Shown: positions 8,132 through 17,519 of the stretch, one piece after another
Numbering within the stretch: position 1 is the stretch's first letter
Layout of the letters: the number at the start of each line of letters is the position of its first letter
NCBI GenBank assembly: GCA_964291315.2
Contig: OZ219753.1
Location: 1,120,001 to 1,184,000, forward strand
DNA length: 64,000 bases
Direction: 5' to 3'
Source: Candidatus Poribacteria bacterium
Lineage (GTDB): Bacteria > Poribacteria > WGA-4E > WGA-3G
Made by a program: the position numbers and the translations under genes
Notes under the pieces: generated by a model
What the model was told of the DNA's origin: nothing
Database searches by the model: none
What the model saw: only the letters and a program-made list of their open reading frames with translations

Positions 8132-10459
8132 TTGCTCAACGACCGGCTCTATTACGTCTTCTTCCACGGTCTCAGCAATCCCGCCGGTGAGTCCGGATCC
8201 GAAGATGCCGCCGCTCGCACCCGGCGCGGCGATGTGCCGTTCCTCAACGGTGGCCTCTTCGAGATGCAGCCGTATGATGAACAACACGCAGTGCATCTCC
8301 CGAACGACACCTTTGCCGACATCCTCAACCTCTTCGAACGTTATAACTTCACGATCACCGAGTCCACGCCGCTAGACATAGAGGTTGCAGTAGACCCGGA
8401 GATGCTGGGTAAGGTGTTTGAGGAACTGGTCACGGGGCGGCACGCCAGTGGGAGCTACTACACGCCGCGTGCGGTTGTCTCTTTCATGTGTCGGGAGAGC
8501 CTGAAGCTCTGCTTGCAGACGCAGACAACGGAGAGCGCGGCATGCCTGACACAGTTCGTAGACGGTGGCGATGCCACCGGTATTCGCGATTCAGAGGGCG
8601 TATTAGAGGTGCTGCGGAGCTTACGGGTGTGTGATCCTGCGTGTGGGAGCGGTGCGTACCTGCTCGGGATGATGGGCGAACTGCTTCGCCTGCGCGATGC
8701 TCTGTTCCAAAGCGATCAGACCGATCCCGGCACGGTGTATGAACGCAAGCTGGAGATTATTCAGCGGAACCTTTACGGTGTGGACAGAGACGACTTCGCG
8801 GTCAACATTGCGATGCTGCGCCTCTGGCTGAGCCTCACAGTAGACTACGAAGGCGCCGTGCCGCAGCCACTGCCGAACTTGGATTACAAGGTGGCGGTGG
8901 GAGACAGCCTGACCGGTGCAGCCCCCGAACAGCTGACGCTTGAAAGGCCGTTGATCCAAGCGATACAGGAGAAACAAGCGGACTATTTCATCACACACGG
9001 GGACGCAAAGAAAGAGGCACTCCGAGCGGAGATCGCCGCACTCCGAGCGGATCTTCAAGGCTGGCAAGATGCCCCGGAGGAGGCGTTTGTCTGGCAGGTT
9101 GAGTTTCCGGAGGTCTTCCAAGCGGGCGGTTTTGATGTTGTGATTGGCAACCCGCCTTATGTGCGACAAGAACTTATCAAAGCGATGAAGCCGACTTACA
9201 AACGGCTATTCCCAGAGGTGTATGTCGGCACCGCAGACCTCTACGTCTATTTTTACAAGCGCGGCACGGAGCTGCTGCGGAGGCACGGCATCTTGGCGTA
9301 TATCTCCTCGAACAAGTTTTTGCGGGCAGCGTATGGCAGAAAACTGCGTGCCTTTTTCTGCGATGCCCAACGCATTCAGCAGCTGCTTGACTTCGGGAGT
9401 GTCGCTGTCTTCAAAGCGAGTGTGGATACCTGTATCCTGATCCTTGAAAATGCTATATCAGAGGGAGCGCCTTTTTCGGTGGCGACGTTTCGGGAGGCGT
9501 CCGATGTGCTGCGGTTGTCTGCGGCGTTTCGGGATCGGGCGTTTCGGCTGCAGCCGCGTGATTTATCAGCGGAGGGCTGGACCTTGGCATCGCCCGAGAC
9601 ACTGCAGCTCCTGCGGAAACTCGAAACCACCGGCACACCCCTCGGCGAATATGTCAAGGAAGGTTTTTATATGGGAGTGAAGACAGGATATAACAAGGCA
9701 TTTATCATCGATGCGGCTGTGCGGCAGCGGCTGATCTCCGAGGATCCGAAGAGCGATGAGCTCATAAAGCCTTTGCTCAGAGGGCGTAATCTTCGTAAAT
9801 GGAAGGCAATACCCGCAAATGAATACCTAATAGTGATAGAGAGCAGTGCGAATAGAGACTGGCCCTGGTCAGATGCAAGCAACACCACAGAGGCAGAACG
9901 GATTTTTGCAAGAGCCTACCCCGCAATCCATCAACATTTGCTCGGCTATCGCAAGCGCTTGATCAAAAGGGACGATCAGGGCACATTTTATTGGGAACTT
10001 CGATCGTGTGCATACTATGCAGAGTTTGAAAAACCGAAGATTTTGTACTCAAAGATTTCAAAGGCTCTTTACGCAGTTTATGATACAACTGGGGCATACG
10101 GGTTAGACTCAACACACTTCATACCCATTAACGATCTTTCTGTCTTTGCTATTTTGAATAGTAGACTGTTTGACTGGTATGCACGCCATAAATTTCAGAG
10201 TCTCAACGACCCGTGGGCAGGCGGAGGTTTGTCTTTCTTTTCGCAACATATGGAGAAGGTTCCTATGGCAGATTGCACTGATACACAGAAAGCAGAAGTA
10301 TCATGTCTCGTTGAACAGATACTAGCAGCCCCAGAGAGCGATAACGTGCGCGACATCGAGCGGGAGATAGACCGGTGGGTGTATCGGGTGTATGGGCTGA
10401 CAGATGCGGAGGTGGCATTGATTCAACGAACGTATCGTGAGGCGGGGATGGCGCGGTGA
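8132..10459 (+). CDS. Type IIG R-M enzyme, methylase core plus TaqI-like target recognition domain (continuation of 7225)
   Basis: VPFLNGGLF, DPEMLGKVFE, GSYYTPR, DPACGSGAY, IGNPPYVRQE, ADLYVYF, C-terminal TRD. Confidence 0.9.
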   Translation: MLNDRLYYVFFHGLSNPAGESGSEDAAARTRRGDVPFLNGGLFEMQPYDEQHAVHLPNDTFADILNLFERYNFTITESTPLDIEVAVDPEMLGKVFEELVTGRHASGSYYTPRAVVSFMCRESLKLCLQTQTTESAACLTQFVDGGDATGIRDSEGVLEVLRSLRVCDPACGSGAYLLGMMGELLRLRDALFQSDQTDPGTVYERKLEIIQRNLYGVDRDDFAVNIAMLRLWLSLTVDYEGAVPQPLPNLDYKVAVGDSLTGAAPEQLTLERPLIQAIQEKQADYFITHGDAKKEALRAEIAALRADLQGWQDAPEEAFVWQVEFPEVFQAGGFDVVIGNPPYVRQELIKAMKPTYKRLFPEVYVGTADLYVYFYKRGTELLRRHGILAYISSNKFLRAAYGRKLRAFFCDAQRIQQLLDFGSVAVFKASVDTCILILENAISEGAPFSVATFREASDVLRLSAAFRDRAFRLQPRDLSAEGWTLASPETLQLLRKLETTGTPLGEYVKEGFYMGVKTGYNKAFIIDAAVRQRLISEDPKSDELIKPLLRGRNLRKWKAIPANEYLIVIESSANRDWPWSDASNTTEAERIFARAYPAIHQHLLGYRKRLIKRDDQGTFYWELRSCAYYAEFEKPKILYSKISKALYAVYDTTGAYGLDSTHFIPINDLSVFAILNSRLFDWYARHKFQSLNDPWAGGGLSFFSQHMEKVPMADCTDTQKAEVSCLVEQILAAPESDNVRDIEREIDRWVYRVYGLTDAEVALIQRTYREAGMAR

Positions 10460-10619
10460 AAAGGAAGTCGACAGCGCCCCCTACAGCGCGGAGCGATTCA
10501 ATTGTGGTTCATATATTTTTTATGAGGTTGACAGCTTTGCATGGGTTGCGAAACTCTGGGCTATCTGCTAATATGTAGGGCAATCTGATAGTCTATTGTT
10601 ATTATTAAGGAGGTTTTCT

Positions 10620-11810
10620 ATGTCCAAACTCAATATTGCCTTAGTCGGTGCAGGACGGCGGGGTGCAGGTGCCCATTTGCCGGTTATTTCGAAACTCAAA
10701 GATGTCTACAACCTTGTTGCAATCTGCGATATAGACGCGGAGGCTGCAACGCGCTATGCGAAAGAATACGGTGCGACTCCGTACACCAACGTTCGGGATC
10801 TCGTTGCGCAGGAAGATCTAGATGTTGTGGATATCACTGTTCCCGGTGTTGCGCACCACTCAATCTGCTGTTTCATGGCAGATGCGGGTGTCCACATTCT
10901 CTGTGAGACCCCGATAGGTGTTACGCTCCGCACAGCTGATCTCATAATTGAACGAGCTAGGACGAACAATGTGAAACTTGAGATAGCTGAAAACTATTAC
11001 CGCGCCCCGCTAGAACGGTTCTTATCGAAAGTTATTGAGGCAGATATTATCGGAGAAGTATCTCGGATTTATCGTATTTTCTATGAGGGTGGTTATCACG
11101 GAATGAGCATGCTCCGTCTCCGCGCTGGTGGTGAACCGAAGTCTGTGCTCGGTATCACACAAACGAGTCCTGTGATTCCTATTATTGACCGCATGAGGCG
11201 GCATCATACGAGCGAGAATTGGAGTCTCGGCTTTATCGAATTTCACAACAAAGCAACCGCTCTCATGGTGTACTCAAATGTCATTCACGCCAGGTCTTTG
11301 GGGCGCGGACAGATCGGTGTTTCACAGATTGATGGCAGCAAAGGTACGATCGTTGGCGAAGACATCTATGTCGCCCCGGCAGATGAACTCCAATCCGGAG
11401 CGAAGGGTGTTGCTTATCGCCCGAGGCGCATTACTATTGATGTAGATGGGGTCAACGTAACTGAGGCGATCGAGCTGCGGCTTCCACATCTAACCGTCAC
11501 GTGGGAAAACCCACTTAAGAACTATGCGCTTTCCGAAGGGCAAATCGCTGTTGCGGACGAGCTTATCAGCATTGCTACAGCTATCCGTAACGATACTGAA
11601 CCGGAATACGGGGCAGCGCGTGCGAGACAGGACCAAGAGATGAACATTGCGATGAGTGAATCTGGCAAGCAGAGCCGAGAAACGCTCACATTTCCACTAA
11701 CGTCAGTAACTGCAACGGAACAAAGGATCCACGCCAACTATCAACAAAAGTATGGTCATCCTATCGAAGACATTGAAGGAGGGATTGATACCTTTTTCCC
11801 GCGAGGTTGA
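10620..11810 (+). CDS. Gfo/Idh/MocA family oxidoreductase
   Basis: IALVGAGRRG Rossmann motif, LVAICD, HILCETP; AGGAGG SD before ATG 10620. Confidence 0.88.
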   Translation: MSKLNIALVGAGRRGAGAHLPVISKLKDVYNLVAICDIDAEAATRYAKEYGATPYTNVRDLVAQEDLDVVDITVPGVAHHSICCFMADAGVHILCETPIGVTLRTADLIIERARTNNVKLEIAENYYRAPLERFLSKVIEADIIGEVSRIYRIFYEGGYHGMSMLRLRAGGEPKSVLGITQTSPVIPIIDRMRRHHTSENWSLGFIEFHNKATALMVYSNVIHARSLGRGQIGVSQIDGSKGTIVGEDIYVAPADELQSGAKGVAYRPRRITIDVDGVNVTEAIELRLPHLTVTWENPLKNYALSEGQIAVADELISIATAIRNDTEPEYGAARARQDQEMNIAMSESGKQSRETLTFPLTSVTATEQRIHANYQQKYGHPIEDIEGGIDTFFPRG

Positions 11811-11943
11811 GATCATAGGATATTCGGTGAAACAGTTGAAACGTTTTTGCCGGCGAAAAAGTGTTTGCGGATAGCTCGGCTTCATGGTATACTTATTAGA
11901 GAGTAACGGACTGCCATATCTCATCAAAGGAGGGAGCAATAAA

Positions 11944-12156
11944 ATGGGAATAGGCGGGATGGAAATTTTTGTCATACTTGTGGCGGCGCTAGTCATTTTT
12001 GGGCCGAAGAAGTTGCCGGAAATGGGGCGTTCACTCGGTAAAGCGATCCGGGAATTCAAGAGTGCTGGAACCGAAATTCAAGATGAGCTGACAAAAGCAG
12101 CAAATGACATCGATAAGGACACGGATCGAAATATCAAACGTCCGAAGTCGTCTTAA
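11944..12156 (+). CDS. tatA: Twin-arginine translocase TatA/TatE
   Basis: EIFVILVAALVIFGPKKLPEMGRSLGKAIREFK. Confidence 0.95.
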   Translation: MGIGGMEIFVILVAALVIFGPKKLPEMGRSLGKAIREFKSAGTEIQDELTKAANDIDKDTDRNIKRPKSS

Positions 12157-12167
12157 TCGTTAATTTC

Positions 12168-13004
12168 GTGAGCGATACCACTATGGGATCTAACGATGTT
12201 GCAATGACCTTCTGGGAACATCTTGAGGAGCTCCGAAGGCGCATTATCATTTCTGCAATCGCAATAGCTATTTTTACGTTGTTGAGTTTATCTTTTAGTA
12301 AACCTATCGAGCGCGTCATTAAGTTTCCTTTAGAAACTTCTATGAACACTCTGATTGCGAATGCTATTGATACCGCACCTGGTTCTGAAGGTTCAATACT
12401 TGGTTTTCTCGCTCTCGCTTTGCGTGCTGGAAATTCCAACATCAACGCTACCCTCATGAAAGTTGGCCCCTTAGAGGGTATTATGGCGTACCTGAAATTA
12501 GGAATAACCACGGGTATTCTATTGGCGTTACCGATAATCATTTATCACGTTTGGGCATTCGTTTTTCCGGCGTTAAATCGGGAGGAACAACGGTTTGCTA
12601 TTCCGCTCTTTTTAATCATTGTCACATTTTTTATTCTTGGTGCCACTTTTGCCTACTTTATTGTTACGCCTGTTGTCTTACAATTTTCTGCGCAACTGCT
12701 TCCAGAGCTACCTAACATCTGGGATCTGGAAAAATATATTAATTTTGTAACCCGGTTAATTTTGGGATTTGGTATCGCTTTTGAGCTGCCGATAGTGATG
12801 GCGTTTCTGTCATATATCGGCATAATTGATGCCCGCGGGTTTCGTGAAAAGCAGAATTATGCCCTGCTAGGTATCTGTATTATGTCAGCTTTATTGACCC
12901 CTGCTGATCCTGGTTCAATGCTATTGATGGCGATACCGCTGTTCATTTTATATCAACTCGGCATCTTCTTCGCCTATCTTGTCGAAAAGGAGTCAGAAAT
13001 CTAA
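12168..13004 (+). CDS. tatC: Twin-arginine translocase TatC
   Basis: MTFWEHLEELRRRII, FGIAFELP, LLTPADPGSM. Confidence 0.96.
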   Translation: MSDTTMGSNDVAMTFWEHLEELRRRIIISAIAIAIFTLLSLSFSKPIERVIKFPLETSMNTLIANAIDTAPGSEGSILGFLALALRAGNSNINATLMKVGPLEGIMAYLKLGITTGILLALPIIIYHVWAFVFPALNREEQRFAIPLFLIIVTFFILGATFAYFIVTPVVLQFSAQLLPELPNIWDLEKYINFVTRLILGFGIAFELPIVMAFLSYIGIIDARGFREKQNYALLGICIMSALLTPADPGSMLLMAIPLFILYQLGIFFAYLVEKESEI

Positions 13005-13777
13005 TGGCTAACGAGTCTTTGCGGCAGCAACTCGCTCTACTCTACCAATTGCAAGAACACGATTTGGAACTGTTATCTATCCGCGAAAAAATTCGGGCTA
13101 TCCCGGTGCAGATTGCACAATTAGCGGAGGGAGTCAAACGATATGAGGAAGAGATTGCGGTCAAATCGGCTGAACTTGAGGAAAAAGAGAAGGGGCAGCG
13201 TGCGAAAAACGCTGAGCTTGAAATGAACGCTGTGCAACGCGAAAAATACCGGACTGAACAACGGACGGTGACATCTAACGAAGCTTATACTGCCCTGGAA
13301 CGCCAGATCGAATTTCTGGATAGCAAAGATGAAGAGACTGAAGATGCCATCTTAGCTCTTATGGAAGAGAGTGACCAAGTAAAGGAAGCGCTGGCAAAAC
13401 TAGAAGCCGCGGTGAGTCGAGAAATAAAAAAAACAGATGTTCGAACGCAAGAACTCGAAGAAAAACTACATGCCTTAAAAACAGAGAGAGATGAAAAGTT
13501 AAAGCATCGGAAGACGTTCCTTCCAAAGGTCGATGAGAAGCTCAAAAGCGAATACCACAGATGGATGAAAGCTCGACTTTCAAACCGTTCTAAAACAGCA
13601 CAGACGAAAATAGGTTTTGTGGCATTAGTTAAAAGAGGTACTTGTGGTAGTTGCCGTATCGCCCTTCAACCGCAGACTCTTAAAGAGGCAGAAAAGTATC
13701 AGGAGCCGGTTTATTGTTCAAATTGTAAAAGGTTGCTCTATGTTGAGCCTGTTACACCGGGCATTCCTTTCCCCTGA
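13004..13777 (+). CDS. Coiled-coil protein with C4-type zinc ribbon (DUF164/CT398-like)
   Basis: L.QLQE.D start, long coiled coil, CGSC...CSNCKRLLY. Confidence 0.88.
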   Translation: MANESLRQQLALLYQLQEHDLELLSIREKIRAIPVQIAQLAEGVKRYEEEIAVKSAELEEKEKGQRAKNAELEMNAVQREKYRTEQRTVTSNEAYTALERQIEFLDSKDEETEDAILALMEESDQVKEALAKLEAAVSREIKKTDVRTQELEEKLHALKTERDEKLKHRKTFLPKVDEKLKSEYHRWMKARLSNRSKTAQTKIGFVALVKRGTCGSCRIALQPQTLKEAEKYQEPVYCSNCKRLLYVEPVTPGIPFP

Positions 13778-13850
13778 AAAAGATAGGTTTCTATAGTAGA
13801 TTTTTCCGTTTTGAAGAGATGTTTGATCAGAAAAGGATAAGAGGTTTACA

Positions 13851-14177
13851 ATGCCATTCTTTATCATCAATGAACAACCAGAAACGCAGATTTTTGACGG
13901 GGCCAGCATTCGGACCCTTCATGGTGAAAAAATAATGATGTCCTTTGTCGATTTGAAACCGCATAGCGTTGTTGCGGAACATAGCCATCCTCATGAGCAG
14001 ATGGGAATGGTACTTGAGGGGACGTTTGAATTAACTATTGATGGTGACTCCCGCCTCCTGAAAAAAGGAGATGCCTACCTCATTCCATCTCATGTGAAAC
14101 ACAGTGCAAAAGCGCTAGATGAACCTGCAGTTGCCCTCGACATTTTCAGTCCGCCGCGAGAAGATTACAAGCAGTGA
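13851..14177 (+). CDS. Cupin domain protein
   Basis: HSHPHEQ...G.....IPSHVKH, DIFSPPREDY. Confidence 0.92.
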   Translation: MPFFIINEQPETQIFDGASIRTLHGEKIMMSFVDLKPHSVVAEHSHPHEQMGMVLEGTFELTIDGDSRLLKKGDAYLIPSHVKHSAKALDEPAVALDIFSPPREDYKQ

Positions 14178-14929
14178 AGATGTATCAAGCCATTCAGGAA
14201 CTTGAAACCGTCGGCATCGTCACTGCCGGTACCACCTTCCGCCATGGAGGAGTTAGTCGTGGCCCATACGCCTCCATGAATCTTGCTGAACATGTTGGGG
14301 ACGATCTAAGTGCGGTTACAACCAACAGAGAGATTTTCTTTCGGCAAAGTGGGTTCACAGATATCCACTATTGCGAGCAGGTGCACAGTGCTTGTGTTAT
14401 TGACGTTGATCACACCCCGGGTGTAGTCTTCAAACAACATCCGGAAGCGGATGCCCTTATCTCGGCTCAAAGCGGGGTGCCCTTAGGTATATTCACAGCG
14501 GATTGTGTTCCTATATTCATCTTAGATGTTGCCACCCCTGCTGTTGGGATCGCTCACGCGGGCTGGCGGGGTACGCTTGCAGGAATCGCAATGAATACGC
14601 TTGAGCGCATGCAGACCTGTTTTGGAACTCACCCTATAAAGTGTCATGTCCATTTAGGCCCATCCATCCAAAAATGCTGCTATACCGTCAGTCCAGGATT
14701 GCTTGATCGATTTACGGTCCGCTTCGGGAACATCGTGCGCAGTGCTACAAACTTGAGCTTGCAAACCGCAAATGCTGTCCAATTAACCGAAATAGGTGTA
14801 CCCGCCTCCGCAATCTCAGTCTCCGCGTTCTGTACCGCCTGCCGTACCGACCTTTTTTTTTCTCACCGCGTAGAAGCGGGGAAAACAGGTAGGATGCTTT
14901 CATTTATTCAACTTGACGTGAAGAGCTAA
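14174..14929 (+). CDS. pgeF: Peptidoglycan editing factor PgeF (YfiH/YlmD family)
   Basis: QVHS, ADALI, TADCVPI, AHAGWRG, GPSI, CT.C...FFSHR, TGRM. Confidence 0.93.
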   Translation: MKMYQAIQELETVGIVTAGTTFRHGGVSRGPYASMNLAEHVGDDLSAVTTNREIFFRQSGFTDIHYCEQVHSACVIDVDHTPGVVFKQHPEADALISAQSGVPLGIFTADCVPIFILDVATPAVGIAHAGWRGTLAGIAMNTLERMQTCFGTHPIKCHVHLGPSIQKCCYTVSPGLLDRFTVRFGNIVRSATNLSLQTANAVQLTEIGVPASAISVSAFCTACRTDLFFSHRVEAGKTGRMLSFIQLDVKS

Positions 14930-15163
14930 CAACTATTCAAGAGGTCGGATTCTCGGATCTAACAAAAATTTGCATTTTGTGTAAAGATATAGTATTATTA
15001 ATATACATAATAGAAATGCCATCACTGGAAGGAGCGTGTCCGAGTCCTGCAGTCGTAACCTCACGCCGCTTCAGAACGTCTTTTTCCAAAGACCTGATTT
15101 TATTAAATACAATAGCCTTTAAAGACCGCTGTTCAGTAACAATTTAGTATATCTTGGAGGAAG

Positions 15164-15472
15164 GTGGAAATGCGAGTCTTTTTCATGGCGTTATCAATTA
15201 TCATAGGTATCATCGGGTTGGTTTTTATTTTACAAGGCGTTTATCACCCCTTCAAGTACCAAGAGGTGTTGTCTGAGAATGTGAGTGCAGTGCAAGTCAC
15301 GCAAGTCTATACAGAGGCAACGCACAGTATAGCAATAGGTATCGGTATCGTTAGTGTAGCGGTCTTAGTTGCGGTTATAGGTATACTCTTTTATATAAAC
15401 AAACCTATACAAGAACAAAAACGGCCGAGGAACGGTTCGAATACGCAAGCGCTGGGCGATTTTGCATCCTGA
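15164..15472 (+). CDS. Hypothetical two-TM membrane protein
   Basis: GGAGG SD; two hydrophobic segments. Confidence 0.65.
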   Translation: MEMRVFFMALSIIIGIIGLVFILQGVYHPFKYQEVLSENVSAVQVTQVYTEATHSIAIGIGIVSVAVLVAVIGILFYINKPIQEQKRPRNGSNTQALGDFAS

Positions 15473-15545
15473 CTCGTTCTTCTTAATTGTGCCAACTTTG
15501 GAATCGAAGGGCGTGATTTAGGACATCATACGAGGGCCATGTCAA

Positions 15546-16271
15546 TTGAAATCGATTGCCGATAACCTTTCTTGTATCAACCAGCGTATCGCCAACGCTG
15601 CTGCCCGCAGTAACCGCGCGGGAGGTTCAATAAGGCTTGTTGTTGTTACAAAAGGGCGTTCCGTTGCAGAGATGCAGGCGGTTCTTGCTACTGGGGTTGT
15701 GGACATCGGGGAAAATAGGGTTCAAGAAGCCCAACAGAAGTACACAATAGTGAATTCTTTGGTTGACACCGAGGTTGCTCCATCTGCTGATAGAGCATGC
15801 CGATGGCATCTCATCGGGCATTTGCAAAGAAATAAAGTCAAAACGGCATTAAACATCTTCTCGCTGATTCATTCGGTTGACAGTTTGCGACTTTTAGCGG
15901 AGATAGCACGCCGTTCTGAAGAATGCTCACAACAGACAGATGTTTTAATTCAGGTAAACACAACCGGTGAGGCTAGTAAATACGGTTTAGATGCGGATGG
16001 TTTGCTCGGATTTATGGAAGATGCGCAGGCGTACCCGCTAGTACATATTGCTGGATTGATGACGATAGGACAGTTAAGCCACTCACCTGATGTAAACCGG
16101 CCGGCATTTGCTTTGCTCAGATCACTTGCTGAAAAAATAGAATCCCAGAAATTCCCTGGAGTTACTATGCGGTATCTCTCGATGGGAATGACAAATGACT
16201 TTGAGGTTGCTATTGAAGAGGGGGCAAATCTTGTTAGAATTGGAACTGCAATCTTTTGCCCTTCAACGTAA
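15546..16271 (+). CDS. yggS: YggS family PLP homeostasis protein
   Basis: LVVVTK, GENRVQE, WHLIGHLQRNK, LSMGMTNDFEVAIEEGANLVRIG. Confidence 0.96.
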   Translation: MKSIADNLSCINQRIANAAARSNRAGGSIRLVVVTKGRSVAEMQAVLATGVVDIGENRVQEAQQKYTIVNSLVDTEVAPSADRACRWHLIGHLQRNKVKTALNIFSLIHSVDSLRLLAEIARRSEECSQQTDVLIQVNTTGEASKYGLDADGLLGFMEDAQAYPLVHIAGLMTIGQLSHSPDVNRPAFALLRSLAEKIESQKFPGVTMRYLSMGMTNDFEVAIEEGANLVRIGTAIFCPST

Positions 16272-16320
16272 GTTTCAAACATATAGTAGCAAGCGGTGGA
16301 AATTCTAAGAGGAAAAGACA

Positions 16321-17133
16321 GTGGTAGAAGACCTTCGATTAGGTGTGATAGGCGTTGGAAAGATGGGTGGCATCGTTGTGCGCGGTATTGCTGGAAAGGC
16401 GTTCCCCTCACGGCAGATTTGGGTTACAGATCTGGATACGCGGCTCGTCAGGCAGCTCTGTGATGAAAAGGGCACAAATGACGCTGGGGACATTGATACC
16501 TTGGTAGAAAAGACCGACGTGATTCTCTGTGCAGTGCCTCCCGCGGCTGTTCCGCACATTCTGCCACAAGTTGCATGCAATTTATCAAGGGCGCAATCGC
16601 TGATTAGCATCGCTGCCGGTGTGTCGACAACAACGCTCGAGTCCTATTTTGATACACCACCTGCTGTTGTTCGGGTGATGCCGAATATCGCGGCTTCGGT
16701 AGGTGCAGCGATCTCGGTACTAACAGTGGGTAGCACAGCGAATAAAGAACATCTTGCAATAGCAGAGAGAATTTTCAACGCCTGTGGCAGCACTTTAGTC
16801 ATGGAAGAACGTCATCTTGATGCGGTCACCGGTGTGAGTGGGAGTGGCCCCGCCTATGTTGCTCTTTTTATTGAAGCTTTGGCTGATGCTGGTGTGCACG
16901 CGGGCTTACCTCGGTCAGATGCGCAAAAACTTGCAACACACACCGTATTAGGTTCAGCAGCGATGTTAGCCAGAACACAAGAACATCCTGCGATTCTAAA
17001 GAATCGAGTTACAACACCGGGTGGGACAACTGCCGCTGGACTCCATGCTTTGGAAAAAGGGGGCTTGAGGGCAACGCTTACTGAAGCCATTCTCGCCGCA
17101 ACTCAACGTTCAAAAGAACTCGACAACACATAA
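16321..17133 (+). CDS. proC: Pyrroline-5-carboxylate reductase
   Basis: GVGKMG, SIAAG, VRVMPN, SGSGPAY, VTTPGGTT. Confidence 0.96.
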   Translation: MVEDLRLGVIGVGKMGGIVVRGIAGKAFPSRQIWVTDLDTRLVRQLCDEKGTNDAGDIDTLVEKTDVILCAVPPAAVPHILPQVACNLSRAQSLISIAAGVSTTTLESYFDTPPAVVRVMPNIAASVGAAISVLTVGSTANKEHLAIAERIFNACGSTLVMEERHLDAVTGVSGSGPAYVALFIEALADAGVHAGLPRSDAQKLATHTVLGSAAMLARTQEHPAILKNRVTTPGGTTAAGLHALEKGGLRATLTEAILAATQRSKELDNT

Positions 17134-17157
17134 GATCGGAAAATAACAGAAAAAATT

Positions 17158-17424
17158 ATGGATCTACTGGCTTGGGTTCTCAGTCAGCTTATTGACCTTT
17201 ATGTATTCGTCGTCATAGGAAACGCTATTCTTTCATGGTTTGTTTATGGCACACAAAATTCGACAATCAGGCAGATCTATTGGTGGACAAGTCGCATCGT
17301 GGATCCGGCGCTGGGTCCGATTCGCAGGGCCCTCGGACCAATGTCTCGAAATCTTGGTATTGACCTCTCTCCATTTATCCTGATTTTTTTGTTAATGATC
17401 TTGCAGCGGGCCCTCTTGCCATAA
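17158..17424 (+). CDS. yggT: YggT family membrane protein
   Basis: AILSWF...DP.L.PIRR...GIDLSP; yggS-proC-yggT context. Confidence 0.92.
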   Translation: MDLLAWVLSQLIDLYVFVVIGNAILSWFVYGTQNSTIRQIYWWTSRIVDPALGPIRRALGPMSRNLGIDLSPFILIFLLMILQRALLP

Positions 17425-17519
17425 ACAGGGGTGAGGCGATTAGTATAAACGAAGGACAACCGTACCAGAGATCTGTTCGATAAAACAGTAAATGCTTTAG
17501 AAGCGAGCGTACGAAAAAT

